From the NCBI RefSeq assembly GCF_001194135.2, contig NC_068983.1:16927638-16991637 (forward strand): a DNA stretch of 64,000 nucleotides, given 5' to 3'. The translations under genes were made by a program, and so were the position numbers. This DNA comes from Octopus bimaculoides. Taxonomy: Eukaryota. The notes under the pieces are model-generated. The model did no database searches and was not told the origin of the DNA. It saw nothing but the letters and a program-made list of their open reading frames with translations. Positions 1 to 12,842 of this stretch are shown one piece after another (position 1 is the stretch's first letter; every line of letters starts with the position of its first letter).

Positions 1-83
1 ATATATATGGATGGATGTGTATGTATATATATGGATGGATGTGTATGTATATATATGGATGGATGTGTATGTATATATACGTA

Positions 84-148
<65 letters not shown>
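1..148. repeat. 24-bp tandem repeat (atatatggatggatgtgtatgtat, about 3 copies) followed by (AT)n and (AC)n
   Basis: Visible directly; produces the spurious MDGCVCIY-repeat ORF. Confidence 0.9.
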
Positions 149-149
<1 letters not shown>

Positions 150-694
150 ATGGTTGTTATGTGCGTTGACCATCTGTTCCTGGCAGATTTTTTTCTCATC
201 TGAGAAAAACCTGAGTATGTTTTGTTGGAGGGGATGCTTGAGTTCAAAAGCTTCGTAGCATGGTAGAGCATGTCTTCATGCACATCTCGCATGTACCTGG
301 TGATGAACCTGATTGACTTGGAGGGATTGTCAATCATGGCCTGGATCTCACTAACAAATTCATGAGTTCTTTTCTTATCAGAACAATCAGAGTGAGTTTT
401 CTGAGCTGTTGTACCTTCGTAATCACCACTAGACTCATCCAACTCTTTCTGAATCCTCTGCAGACTGACACCCAAACACCCTGAAATGTTTGTATTGGAG
501 CTTCTGGCGAGAATGCCAAACAGTGCAGCATGTCATTTCCAAATTTCTGGCAGATTGAATTGCATCAGCGTACTGTTTTTCTGAGATGGTGCCCATCTGG
601 CCCTACTATACTGTGTAGTCGACAAAATCAAAAACAAGCAATGTGCATGCATGAAATAAAAAATATAAAATGACAGTTTACCCATCACACTCTG
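150..694 (-). mobile_element. Tc1/mariner transposon relic (left end plus degenerate transposase N-half)
   Basis: The minus strand begins TA|CAGAGTGTGATGGGTAAACTG (TA target at 695-696). Broken frames give RTHEFVSEIQAMIDNPSKSIRFI... and FFSDEKKICQEQMVNAHNN (first catalytic Asp motif). Confidence 0.75.
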
Positions 695-1159
695 TATTTA
701 TACACACACACACACTTAGTCGTTTAAACAAAGGGATGTGGGTTCACATCCCACGCAGATGGGAAAGCCTTCTTTTTTCTGTGGAGTGCTTATATGCCCC
801 GTTATTAGACTATTTTCTTTAGTCATTGCATGGTGATCACCATAAGCTTTAAACTTATATAAAAAATACCATTATTATTATTATTTACAGGATTGTAAAA
901 TACGGCTCCATATAACAAAACCATTTGCACCGAAAGCATACACACACATATTATACTTATTGCGATAAATGTAAACAAACCAATGTTTGTCTTTGAAGCG
1001 CTGAAATGTGTATTGTGAGATACAAATAAGATAATTATTTTCAAACGCACTAACACCGATAGAACAGCAGAGACAGGATAAAATATCCATACAAAGCAGA
1101 AAAATGTCAGCAACCAGCCATAAGACTCAAACTCAATATATACATCTGTTTGAATATAT

Positions 1160-1785
1160 ATCATTATCATCATCGTTTAACGTCCGCTTTTCATGCTAGC
1201 ATGGGTTGGACGATTTGACTGAGGACAGGTGAAACCAGATGGCTACACCAGGCTCCAATCTGATTTGGCAGAGTTTCTATAGCTGGATGCCCTTCCTAAC
1301 GCCAACCACTCTGAGAGTGTAGTGGGTGCTTTTACGTGCCACCGGCACGAAGGCCAGTCAGGCGGTACTGGCAACAGCCGCGCTCAAAATGGTGTATTTT
1401 ATGTACCACCTGCACAAGGGCCAGTCCAGGGGCACTGGCAACGATCTTGCTCGAAAGTCCTTACACATGCCGCGGGCACAAGTGCCAGAAAGGCGACACT
1501 GGGCACAGGTGCCATGACGATTTCGCTTTCGCTTGCCCCAACAGGTCTTCGCAAGCTGAGTTTCGTGTCCAATGAAGGAGGAGACGATGTTGGCATGGGT
1601 GCCAGTCGTCGAATTTAGTACGATTTCGGTTTCACTTGCCTCAACAGGTCTTCGCAAGTCGAGTTTAGTGTCCAATGAAGGGAAGATACGCATAAGTGGG
1701 CTGGCTATACCCCTGGCAGAGGCCTTGGATTTAGGTCTCACATGGCTTGCCGGGTCTTCTCATGCACAGCATATTTCCAAAGGTC
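1160..1785 (-). mobile_element. (GAT)n-tailed modular interspersed repeat (SINE-like/non-autonomous retroelement)
   Basis: (ATC)n then gtttaacgtccgcttttcatgctagcatgggttgg...ctggatgcccttcctaacgccaacc. The same sequence recurs at 4250-5383, 8433, 15232, 43900 and 51915. Internal ~62-bp duplication at 1517 and 1620. Confidence 0.85.
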
Positions 1786-2104
1786 TCGGTCAAGCTATAT
1801 TACTACCAAATGTTAATCTTTATATACAACTTAATATGGAGACCTTGTTAGAACATTGAATACTCTGTTATCTTTAAAGATATTCTTGTATAGGTGCATA
1901 AAAGCATGCACATAGATCGTAGTAGACAATATATATATATATCACAAAAACTACAGTGACAAGCCAGATTTTTGATAAATATTGTCAGTTCTTGTTAAAG
2001 TTTTCAAATATTAAAACTTTTGCAGAATTAACTTCCTTAAAAATTCTAAATTTTGTTTCAGAGCTGAATTGTAAATTTAGAGTCAGATGATGTTTCTTAA
2101 ATCT

Positions 2105-2330
2105 TTAACTATTTAACATGTAAACCAGTCATATCCGACACAAATATTCTACCTGTTTTATGTTGAAATTGGTCAGATTCAGACTCTCACACCTACCCCT
2201 ACAATGTCATTCTAAAAGTAAACAATCACATCATCAAAATCTCAACGCTATGAGTAATGCATGATTAATTCAAAACAATGTGAATAAGCAAGCATTACAT
2301 TTGACAGTAATCTGAATGCTAAAAGGTTAA
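2105..2330. mobile_element. TTAA-flanked MITE, family B (degenerate copy)
   Basis: Ends ...gaatgctaaaaggttaa; the body (aatattctacctgtttt...cacacctaccctacaatgtc) is the reverse complement of the copies at 12624, 27590 and 36619. Confidence 0.75.
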
Positions 2331-2605
2331 AGCAATCACATTAATAACTAGCTAATCCTCATCTAGTTATTTGGTAAACATGAATTATCAACCTATGTAT
2401 GGTTATTGAAACAAAATTGGGGGCAAGAGACTGGACAGAATTTATTCCAAGGTACAGTTCTGTGATGAAATATCTGTTGATCTGCCAGATTTGTTTTTGT
2501 CTCAAAATCTAAGTTTCTTATCATTGTTATCAATATTGTATTACAAGACTTGGATCCTGTACATATTCTTCATGACTTCTGTTATGTTTTGTTGCCTAAG
2601 TTTGG

Positions 2606-2839
2606 GAGCAGGAATGGCTATGTGGTTAGTAGCTTGCTTACTGACCACATGGTTCCGGGTTCAGTCCCACTGCGTGGTACCCTGGGCAAAGTGTCTTCTA
2701 CTATAAACCTTGGGCTGACCAAAGCCTTGTGAGTGGATTTGGTAGATGGAAACTGAAAGTAACCCTCAGATATGTGTGTCTGTGTCTTTGTGTTTCTCCC
2801 CCACTATTGCTTGACAACTGGTGTTGGTGTGTATGTCCT
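2606..2839 (+). mobile_element. tRNA-derived SINE (5' part, cut by a gap)
   Basis: A-box-like tggctatgtgg, B-box-like ggttcagtccc, then accctgggcaaagtgtcttctactata; many copies in the window. Confidence 0.85.
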
Positions 2840-3739
2840 NNNNNNNNNNNNNNNNNNNNNNNNNNNNNNNNNNNNNNNNNNNNNNNNNNNNNNNNNNNNN
2901 NNNNNNNNNNNNNNNNNNNNNNNNNNNNNNNNNNNNNNNNNNNNNNNNNNNNNNNNNNNNNNNNNNNNNNNNNNNNNNNNNNNNNNNNNNNNNNNNNNNN
3001 NNNNNNNNNNNNNNNNNNNNNNNNNNNNNNNNNNNNNNNNNNNNNNNNNNNNNNNNNNNNNNNNNNNNNNNNNNNNNNNNNNNNNNNNNNNNNNNNNNNN
3101 NNNNNNNNNNNNNNNNNNNNNNNNNNNNNNNNNNNNNNNNNNNNNNNNNNNNNNNNNNNNNNNNNNNNNNNNNNNNNNNNNNNNNNNNNNNNNNNNNNNN
3201 NNNNNNNNNNNNNNNNNNNNNNNNNNNNNNNNNNNNNNNNNNNNNNNNNNNNNNNNNNNNNNNNNNNNNNNNNNNNNNNNNNNNNNNNNNNNNNNNNNNN
3301 NNNNNNNNNNNNNNNNNNNNNNNNNNNNNNNNNNNNNNNNNNNNNNNNNNNNNNNNNNNNNNNNNNNNNNNNNNNNNNNNNNNNNNNNNNNNNNNNNNNN
3401 NNTATTAATTGATAATTTTAGTCCTCAATTTAATATCCTAGATACTATTTTTAGTTGAAAAGTTTTGTCAAATTTCATCTTCATCCTACACCTGCTTTCT
3501 ATTGGTTGTCACAACGCGAGTCTATTCTTGGAGTTATTGCACTCCTCGATGGGTTGAAGGAACATATTTTGCTTTTACATATTATTTTTGACTTGGTTTC
3601 TACAGCTGGGTGTCCATTCTTTTACCAACAGCTTGACAGAGTGTACTGGGTATATTTTATCATGTCTCTAGCTCAAGAAAGGGTGCTATGTCCTTGACAA
3701 GATTAAAGAGTCCTCTTGGTCTTTGTTGTCTGTGTGGCA

Positions 3740-4186
3740 ACCAAAGCCTTGTGAGTGGACTTGGTAGATGGAAACTGAAAGTAACCCTCAGATATGTGTG
3801 TCTGTGTCTTTGTGTTTCTCCCCCACTATTGCTTGACAACTGGTGTTGGTGTGTATGTCCTGATAACTTAGCAGTTTGGCAAAAGAGACCAATAAGGTAA
3901 GTGCCAAGCTTTAAAAAAAAGTACTGGGGTTGACTGGAATATCTCATTTGGTGCCCCAGCATAGTTGCAGTCTAATGACTTAAACGAGTAATATTCTTTT
4001 ACTTGTTTCAGTCATTTGACTGTGGCCATGCTGGAGCGCCACCTTTAGTCAAAGAAATCAACCCCAAGACCTATTCTTTGTAAGCCAAGTACTTATTCTA
4101 TCGGACTTCTTTGCCGAACCACAAATTTACGGGGTTGTAAACACACCAACATTGATTGTCAAGCGATGGCAGGGAGACAAACACAG

Positions 4187-4190
<4 letters not shown>
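3740..4190. mobile_element. Two tRNA-derived SINE 3' halves arranged tail to tail (3740-3990 on +, about 3996-4190 on -)
   Basis: cttgacaac...ggtgtg...gcaaaa...ccagcat...aatgact is mirrored by its reverse complement immediately downstream. Confidence 0.8.
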
Positions 4191-4226
<36 letters not shown>

Positions 4227-4249
4227 CTATATACATATATATATATATA

Positions 4250-5383
4250 CCTTTGGAAATGTGCTGTGCGTGAGAAGACCCGGCAAGCCAAGTAAGTTCG
4301 TTGCCAGTGCCCCTGGACTGGTTCTTGTGTGGGTGGCACATGAGATGCACCATTTTGAGCGTGGCCGTTGCCAGTACCGCCTGACTGGCTCCCGTAGGAT
4401 TTTCGAGTGAGATCGTTGCCAGTGCCCCTGGACTGGCTTGTGCGGGTGGCACATAAAAGACACCATTTCGAGCGTGGCCGTTTTCGTGCGGGTGACACGT
4501 AAAANNNNNNNNNNNNNNNNNNNNNNNNNNNNNNNNNNNNNNNNNNNNNNNNNNNNNNNNNNNNNNNNNNNNNNNNNNNNNNNNNNNNNNNNNNNNNNNN
4601 NNNNNNNNNNNNNNNNNNNNNNNNNNNNNNNNNNNNNNNNNNNNNNNNNNNNNNNNNNNNNNNNNNNNNNNNNNNNNNNNNNNNNNNNNNNNNNNNNNNN
4701 NNNNNNNNNNNNNNNNNNNNNNNNNNNNNNNNNNNNNNNNNNNNNNNNNNNNNNNNNNNNNNNNNNNNNNNNNNNNNNNNNNNNNNNNNNNNNNNNNNNN
4801 NNNNNNNNNNNNNNNNNNNNNNNNNNNNNNNNNNNNNNNNNNNNNNNNNNNNNNNNNNNNNNNNNNNNNNNNNNNNNNNNNNNNNNNNNNNNNNNNNNNN
4901 NNNNNNNNNNNNNNNNNNNNNNNNNNNNNNNNNNNNNNNNNNNNNNNNNNNNNNNNNNNNNNNNNNNNNNNNNNNNNNNNNNNNNNNNNNNNNNNNNNNN
5001 NNNNNNNNNNNNNNNNNNNNNNNNNNNNNNNNNNNNNNNNNNNNNNNNNNNNNNNNNNNNNNNNNNNNNNNNNNNNNNNNNNNNNNNNNNNNNNNNNNNN
5101 NNNNNNNNNNNNNNNNNNNNNNNNNNNNNNNNNNNNNNNNNNNNNNNNNNNNNNNNNNNNNNNNNNNNNNNNNNNNNNNNNNNNNNNNNNNNNNNNNNNN
5201 NNNNNNNNNNNNNNNNNNNNNNNNNNNNNNNNNNNNNNNNNNNNNNNNNNNNNNNNNNNNNNNNNNNNNNNNNNNNNNNNNNNNNNNNNNCCATCCGATT
5301 TCACCAGTCCTCAGTCAAATCGTCCAACCCATGCTAGCATGGAAAGCGGACGTTAAACGATGATGATGATGATGATGATGATG
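4250..5383 (+). mobile_element. (GAT)n-tailed modular repeat spanning the 4505-5290 gap
   Basis: The start cctttggaaatgtgctgtgcgtgagaagacccggcaagcc is the reverse complement of about 1745-1785; the tail ggacgttaaacgatgatgat lies at about 5350-5383. Confidence 0.75.
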
Positions 5384-6329
5384 AAGAGTCAATATCTGTG
5401 GTAAAAAAAAAAAAATTATTTCGGAGCCATGTGTCAGTGCTATGTAAGTGCACCCATGCTGGTGGCATGTTAAAAGTACCCAGTACACTTTGTAAAATGG
5501 TTGGTATTAGGAAGGGCATTCAGCTGTAGAAACCATGCCATAACAGACAATTTGGAGTCTGGACAGCCCACAAGCTGGCCAACTCCTGTCAAACCGTCCA
5601 ACCCATGCCGGCATGGAAAACATGTGAAATGATGCTGATGATGATTTGAGGAGAGGTCTATTTTATATATTGTTGCTGACTATCTTGGGGAAGCTTTGTT
5701 TGGCATACTGTTAAAAATTTTCTCTACCTTGCATTCTATCTTATTCAACTGACAGCTTTGTCATATTCATTGTTACACCATAAATATAAACAACCACCCC
5801 ATGTCTACCTGAACTCTTCTGTAACTTCTCTTGGCATACTATAAACATTTAACTAGGTGACCTTGTGGTTATTTATAATCAGCTAAATATGAAAAGGTGC
5901 CTTTTCAGTTTATTCCATGACTGGGCTACTTAGGTGTCATTTCCGAATGGTACGGACCACACTGCTCCTTCATGTGTATATGTATATTATCTACATGTCA
6001 AAGTTTATGTATCAAATCGACATTGTTATATAGAATGGCTTAATTGAAGAAAGCAAAACACAGTCACAATAATATATTTCAGAAGAGATCTTCAATGAAT
6101 TTGTTAAAGAACTGATAGATTTCTCAGAATATGATTAATATAATTTCAAGTTTTGAAATGCTCTCTTTCTGTACAAATCTAGAGCCTTTGAGACTTGTTG
6201 AAACAGTAGTCTACAGCTTCCTGACTCTGATAATTGTAAGCATTACATTACCACGTCTACATAACACCAATATCTTAGTGGTTAGATCCTATACATCAAT
6301 ATTTCAGTGGCTATCATGTACATTAACTT

Positions 6330-6487
6330 TTACAGGCACGGATGGTTGTGTGATAAAGAAGTTTGTTTCACAACTGCATGATTTCAGGTTCAGTCTCATT
6401 GTGTGCCACCTTTGACAAGTGTCTTCTATAGCCCAGGGATGACGGATGCCTTGCTTGTGAATTTAGTAGATTTATACTGTAAGCCTG

Positions 6488-6560
<73 letters not shown>

Positions 6561-6775
6561 GTGCGTATGTGTATATCATTTAATGCGTGTGCTTGACAAC
6601 TAATGTGGCTTTGTTTATGTTGCCCTGATTTAGTGGTTTGGCAAAAAAAAAAAAAAGACTGATAGAATAAATATCAGATTTGAAATAAGTACTTGGGTTC
6701 ATTCGATTGACCAAGACCTGCAGGGTGGTTCCCCAGTATGGCCACAGCCCACTGACTGAAAAAGAATTAAAAAAT
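6330..6775 (+). mobile_element. Degenerate tRNA-derived SINE with an internal (AT)n expansion (6490-6558)
   Basis: Head (ggttcagtctc), core (gacaagtgtcttctatagcc) and 3' end (ccccagtatggccacagcc) match the other copies. Confidence 0.75.
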
Positions 6776-8432
6776 TAAATGAAGTCTGCATATTTCCACT
6801 CATTCATCTCTTGGACGTTAGCCATAAAAACTTCGAGTGTTAAACTGAAAATTTTGATCTTTTACTACTTTTATTGCTCTCTCAATTCTTTAAATAACAA
6901 TTCCTTAAATTTCTTTCACCAACCCCACAATTAGTACAGGTTGAACAAAGGTGAGATTTACTAAGGTCATAATACAAACACTCTTCAACCTTGACCCTTT
7001 GCAGACAATACTCATTTGAAACCATCATGGGTCTATGGATGCTAGGTCTAATAATCTGTATTATGCCCTGCCCACCTCTTTAGTCTTCACAAAGTTGTCT
7101 GTAGCATCAAGCATGTAACAATTCCTGTTCTTTGTGCAGTATTGATTTATGTTTGTTGATGTATAAGCAGTTCTTGCTAAGACTTTTTTTACGTTCTGTT
7201 CCGGCTGAAGTTATTCTATACATTAGAGTATCTTTTGTTTTATAACCTTTCCAAAACTAGATTGCTTATTTTTTTTGAGAACATAAATAATGAATTGGTA
7301 GGTGGGGTAGTTTTAGGATATTTAGTGGTGAAGTGTGCATGTTGCATAAACCCAGTTTAGCTGAGATTGACAAGCTTTACAAATGATAATGATCAAATCA
7401 ATGACTAGATTAAATCTCAAATCCATTGTCTGGGCAAATGTCCTATACTATAGCCTTGAATAACCAAAAACCTTGTCGACGAAATTAGATAAACCAGTAG
7501 TTCTGAAACTTACAAATACTAAGCTCTGTGGTAAAATATTTGTGAAATGTTTGCATGCACCACCCCACTGATATTCTTTAATATGAAGACATAATAGATT
7601 TGCATCTCTGCAATTCTTCTTTCTTCACCATGGTATTGGAGCAGTTTAAAACGATCTTTATTTTATTAGATATGGCTGTTTCACCTGCCTACTTTTCAGA
7701 TCTCACACTCTTCCCTTGTGAGAAACATTGAGATGAACAGTACTGTGCAAGAAGCCTGTTAGGTGAACTCTGTTCTTAGGTGGTGGTCAACTGAATCCTT
7801 TTGTGACCATATTTCTAATGAAACCTGCTACTTAATGTGTTTCATTTTATTTTGGAAATAATTATGAATTAAGGATTGTGTAAAATAGTAACCGTATCTG
7901 TTCTCACTAAGCTAGGGTTTGGAGCATAATTTAAAAGGTTTTAAAGAAAATTATGATAGAAGGTGGTAATTTAGATACAAACACTTTAAAACTGATGGTT
8001 TTTGTGTCACAAATCCAGGGTTCTCAAGCAGATTAAACTGTCACTCAGTCTAATTGTGTTACTGACTCTTTTTGTGCCAGAGTTCATTCTATTGGTTCAT
8101 GTTTCTGGTCTGAGGTTAGCTCAATATCTTGATGTGTTTCTTCCTGCTGCATTAACCTATCAGTTGTATTTTCTTCCTTTTACTGCACTTTTAGCCTCTA
8201 AGATCCTGCAAACAAAGGTTACGGGTAATTTTCTTCCTCTGACTAAGCTTAGATAAAAAAAAGATCTATTTCTAAATGAAAAATATAAATCTGTTGTATG
8301 CTATAGAAGCAGTATTAAATTGAAATAACCTACTGTGTATCATACTCAGAAAATACATCACTGAAAGGCAAATTTACTATGGTATTTGACTAGAGATAAA
8401 ATCTTATAGATGTACTGTTTTTAAAAACAATA

Positions 8433-8790
8433 TCATCATCATTGTTTAACATCCGCTTTCCATGCTGGCATGGGTTGAATGGTTTGACTTAGGACTGGCA
8501 AGCGAGGAGGCTGCACCAGGCTCCAATCTGTTCTGGTAAGGTTTCTAGAGCTGGATGCCCTTCCAACCACTCCGAGTCTGTTGTGGGGTGTTTTACGTGC
8601 CACCAGCCACACTCGAATGGTGCTTTTTACATGCCACTGGCATGGATACCAGTCAGGTGGCACTGGCATCAGCCATGACAATGATTTCACTTGACTCAAC
8701 AGGTCTTCTCAAGCACAGCATATTACCCGACGATTGAAGGGTACTTTTAAATGGGCTGGTTATGTGACACTGGCATTGGCTACGGCTGTG
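8433..8790 (-). mobile_element. (GAT)n-tailed modular repeat copy
   Basis: atcatcatcattgtttaacatccgctttccatgctggcatgggttg...ctggatgcccttcc. Confidence 0.8.
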
Positions 8791-11264
8791 ATCTCAATGT
8801 TCCAGTAGTAGCTACCAAGAATGCCAGATACATTTCAGTCACATTGGGCCTTGTCAGTGGCATATACATACTGACATCTAGCCACATTACTAGATGAAAT
8901 TCGTCACCTCCCATTTATAGGAAAAAATGAATTAACATACGCTGGTGTTGCAAATAACTGCCCAGCTGGATAAAAATCTCTCATATGCAATCAAGCCAAC
9001 ATACCTTTAGGATAACCATATTTAGCTGAACTCAATCCTATTATATTTGGCTTCTTTGATTTTTAGGAGTTTCCCATTCTAGTTTTTATCCAATTCTGAT
9101 AACTGGCAAATTTTGTCGGAATAATTATAAATAGGCTGACCACATGAAGGGTGGGGTCATTTACCAGAATATAATAAGGTATTACAGCAGAAAGCTATAA
9201 AAGTTTAAGAAGTAGTACATACAGCATTTATAAATCAGTCAGTAAGCCTAGGCTGTATTTAATTGTACATGTGTTGGTAGCTTAGTAGATAAGACGAGCC
9301 ATTTGGCAGATTTGTTGGCGTGATGGATAAAATACTTTATAATAATCAGTCCATCTCTCTACACATGATGTTCAATTCTCATTGAGGTTAACTTTGCCTT
9401 TCATCTTTTTAGAGTTGATGAATATTCCTTGTTTGTTTCTTTTTCTGGAAAAATTGACTCTGGTTCAGAGCTGGAACTGTATGGGCTCTGTCTAAAAATG
9501 TCACAAGACAAGTTGTATGTTACAGCAAGTGCTCCTTTGGCTCCTTCAAGAAGCTGAAGGCTCAAGCAAGCCTGGTGGATTAAGGTGTTAATAAACTCTA
9601 TTTAGAAATATAATTAGAGATCAAATCTAGCTTGGAACAAATAGGACAACTAATAATGCTCAGAAATGAAAATGATGTGTAAAGGGAAACAAAGTATGGA
9701 TCTGATAACGAGGAAAACTTTGTGATAGCTCTTCTCAATACATATATAATATAATATAATGTGTGTGTGTGTCATTGTCATGCATGTGGTGTCTTTTGTT
9801 TCCAACTTTCTATATAAACATTTCTGATCTGGTGAATTACACAGAAACAGGTTAGGGTTGGCAACAGGGAGGGCATCCAGGCATAGCAAAATTCACCTCA
9901 GTAAATTCTATCTGATACATGTGAGTATAGAAAAGTGGATGCTAAAAGGATAATGATGATGATATATATATATTTTATAGTATTGATTCCTTTTATGAGG
10001 TACTTCATAAATCTCCCATCTTTTACTTTGTATTAATTGATTTACTGTATACTGTATATGGTCCCCTCATCATGTTCTATGGGTTGCATATTGAAGCTTC
10101 TCCATATTGTTCCTACTGTGGAATCATTTTGAAATTTTAGTTTGAAGTGATCACACTGTCACACAAAAATATGATCACTGTTCAACTATTACTCATCGTA
10201 GTAGTCTAATGAAGCTGTTCCAACTGTGACCATCTCATCCTTTTTAATAGAATCTCGGACAACATTGTTGGGTGTGTACTCTTATTTAAAATGGTAGGCT
10301 GTGATTTGAAGGAGTAGAGACTTGGAGGATATATGGCTGCTATTTCTGTTAGAGATCTATTGGTTCATCATCATAAATTTAAATGCAGGCAGTGACTTAG
10401 TAAGTAGAGTGTCAGTCTTGACCATGTAATTAATAAGAGTTATTTTTTTATTAATTAGTCAGTTCAAAGCTTGTACTTTCATCATCTGTCAAAGCCAATC
10501 AGTTTCTCTCTTTCAGATTAGTTAAGTCATATATAGTTGTAGTGTATTGAGTTATGAAGCTGAAAGCTAAATTTTTCCTTTTATCTTTTCAATCCAGAGC
10601 AGTATTCATGACTCTTTATGGGACTTCCAAGAATAGTGGAAGGTAGGAAGGAAGGTATCTTCAAAGTAGAGATCTGGCACAATTGCTCTCAACAGAGTGG
10701 ACTGCTGAAGTCACCCAAGATGCAAGATAGTAATGTTATATTGAGTGATGTAAAGTTAACTGTGCTATTGCCACACCATTAATTAATAAAACTACATGAA
10801 GGGTGCATCTTTGTGATCACATGACTGAAACAGATAACATTACGATGGAAGGTTTTAATCTAAAAAGGAATATTCTAAAATAGGTGATTTTTTTTTGTAT
10901 CATAAAACCGGTGACAGTCTGTTCTTAGGTGGCAGGGTGTAGTGTCAAGGATTAAGCTCTTAAAAAATAGTTATATTTCGGTATGGTCATTTAAAAAAAA
11001 ATTTTTATATTTTGCCAAATAAACACACACACACTATATATTTGCTCTTCACTTGTTTATTAATATTCTTATTTTATCTTATGCCCATTATCTGGAAATA
11101 TTTTGTTATATATCTGAGACCTCTTCAGCGACTCCTTCCATCCACATGTATCCTCCTGCTCTGCTTAGTCCATTAAAAAAAAAACTTTTCCATTTAAAAT
11201 GGTTTTGAACTGCTTGATAACAAAACCTAATTTTCAAAGTGTTCATGTAGAAATTAAAACTTAA

Positions 11265-11484
11265 CCCTTTTGTTACCATATTTCTGTTGAAATACACTGC
11301 CTTTGTTTCAATTCAATTTAAAAATAATGAAGAATTTAGTAAAATAACTTTCTAATTATTAAGCTGGGGTCTGGAACAATTTAGCATAAAACTTTGATGG
11401 AAAATTATAATTTTAGATTACTGAAAGAAGTAAGTTAATATCATAGAATCAGGGGTGGTCTCAGGTGGGTTGGTACCAAAAGGG
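11265..11484. mobile_element. piggyBac-type MITE, family A (220 bp)
   Basis: TTAA (11261-64) CCCTTTTGTTACCA ... TGGTACCAAAAGGG TTAA (11485-88): 14-bp TIR with 1 mismatch and a TTAA duplication. Confidence 0.9.
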
Positions 11485-11794
11485 TTAATAATAATTTTGT
11501 TATATTCCAAGCATTAGCTTCATCATGAGCATTATTGTTTTTTTATGTTCATTTTTTCTATACTGGCATGGATTTGATGAGATTTATTGAGGCAGTATTC
11601 CATGGTCAGATATTCTTCCTGTGGACAACTCCTCTTTTTCTTCGCGTGGAGCAGTGGCAGCAAAAACTGTCACTGGACATATTACTTGCAAGAGACAAAT
11701 GCTGTCATTGTTTTTGCTCATATAGTCACAGTGTGAGGACATGTATAAAGACATGCATACACACACACATGTGAGCATGCATATATATATCAAC

Positions 11795-12615
11795 CAGGAA
11801 CCTTCCTGTGTTCAGGGGCTGGTTTGCGAAGACAACAGTTCCAGTTGTGTTGTACTGCATGCATACAATCGACCATGCCCTTGCTTCTAGTCTGTTCTTT
11901 GATGTTGTCAGCCCATAAATGTCTTAGACAGCCTCTTGCTCTCTTCCCCTCAACACTTCCTGTCAAGATGGTCTTGGGCACACCCGAGGAGTGACACTCG
12001 GTTTATCCAAAATATAATAGCTTTGTGGACTTGATTGCAATAATAGGTATCTGGATTTTAAGTTTTCTAGGACTGTAGTATTTGCTATCTTGTCTTTCCA
12101 GCTTATCTTTCCCAGTTTATGAAAGATTGACCTCACAAAAGCTTCTATCTTTTTCCCCCATCGCTGTGTACAATAGTAAAGTTTCTGCCTCTTAGATGAG
12201 TTTACTAGCCACAATCATAGATGCAATGTTATGTCTTTTGAAGTGAAGATCTTTTTTCATTCTTATAAATTTAGCTTTAACCTTATTTATTCTTTAAGTA
12301 ACTTCTTCACAGTACTCTTCTTGATTTATTATCTGCCCTAAATACTTGAAGCTTTTTACTTGCTCAAGCTTCTGTCAGTCTACTATATATTCGCTTCCTT
12401 TTGTTCTGTCTTACTAATGACCATTTAAAAAGAATTAGTCATATTTAGACCTTTCTTGTCACTTTGCTCTTTCATAACATCAACAATTCATGTTATTTCT
12501 CATTGCTGTCTGCCAATACTGCTGTCTCACCAGCATATCTTATATTGTTTATGCTTATGCCGTTAACTGCGATTCCTTTGATCTCATTTGATTCTTTGAA
12601 TATATGCTCAGTATA
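11795..12615 (-). mobile_element. RTE-clade LINE 3' relic (RT C-half and tail domain)
   Basis: Minus frames give IKGIAVNGISINNIRYAGET (degenerate YADD), KKIEAFVRSIFHKLGKISWKDKIANTTVL and GSVEGKRARGCLRHLWADNIKE. Confidence 0.8.
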
Positions 12616-12623
12616 GATATTAA

Positions 12624-12842
12624 CCCTTTAAAATTCAAATTGCGTTATCAAATTTAATGCATATTTAATCATACTGCTTTTAATCGATCATCCATTTTCC
12701 TGTAACTCTGAGATTTGATGATGTAATTGCATATTTTCAGAAGGACATTGTAAAATAGGTGTTAGAGGCTGGATCTGACTGGTTTGAACACAAAACAGGT
12801 AGAATATTTGGGTTGCATATGGCTAGTTTAAATGCTAAAGGG
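12624..12842. mobile_element. TTAA-flanked MITE, family B
   Basis: TTAA|CCCTTTA ... aaatgcTAAAGGG|TTAA; TTAA at 12620-23 and 12843-46. Confidence 0.85.

Noticed and set aside
733-757. gtggg-ttcacat-cccac T-arm-like hairpin (possible tRNA)
   Set aside because: No acceptor, D or anticodon arms can be built; at most a decayed SINE B-box.
1322-1859. Cluster of overlapping ORFs with apparent protein-like text, recurring at 4127, 15342 and 43603
   Set aside because: They are translations of a high-copy non-coding repeat; no domain is recognisable and the frames are inconsistent between copies.
2729-5337. Long ORFs of 195-381 aa in the track (also at 16702, 42100, 49138, 55886 and 60775)
   Set aside because: They consist almost entirely of translated N gaps.
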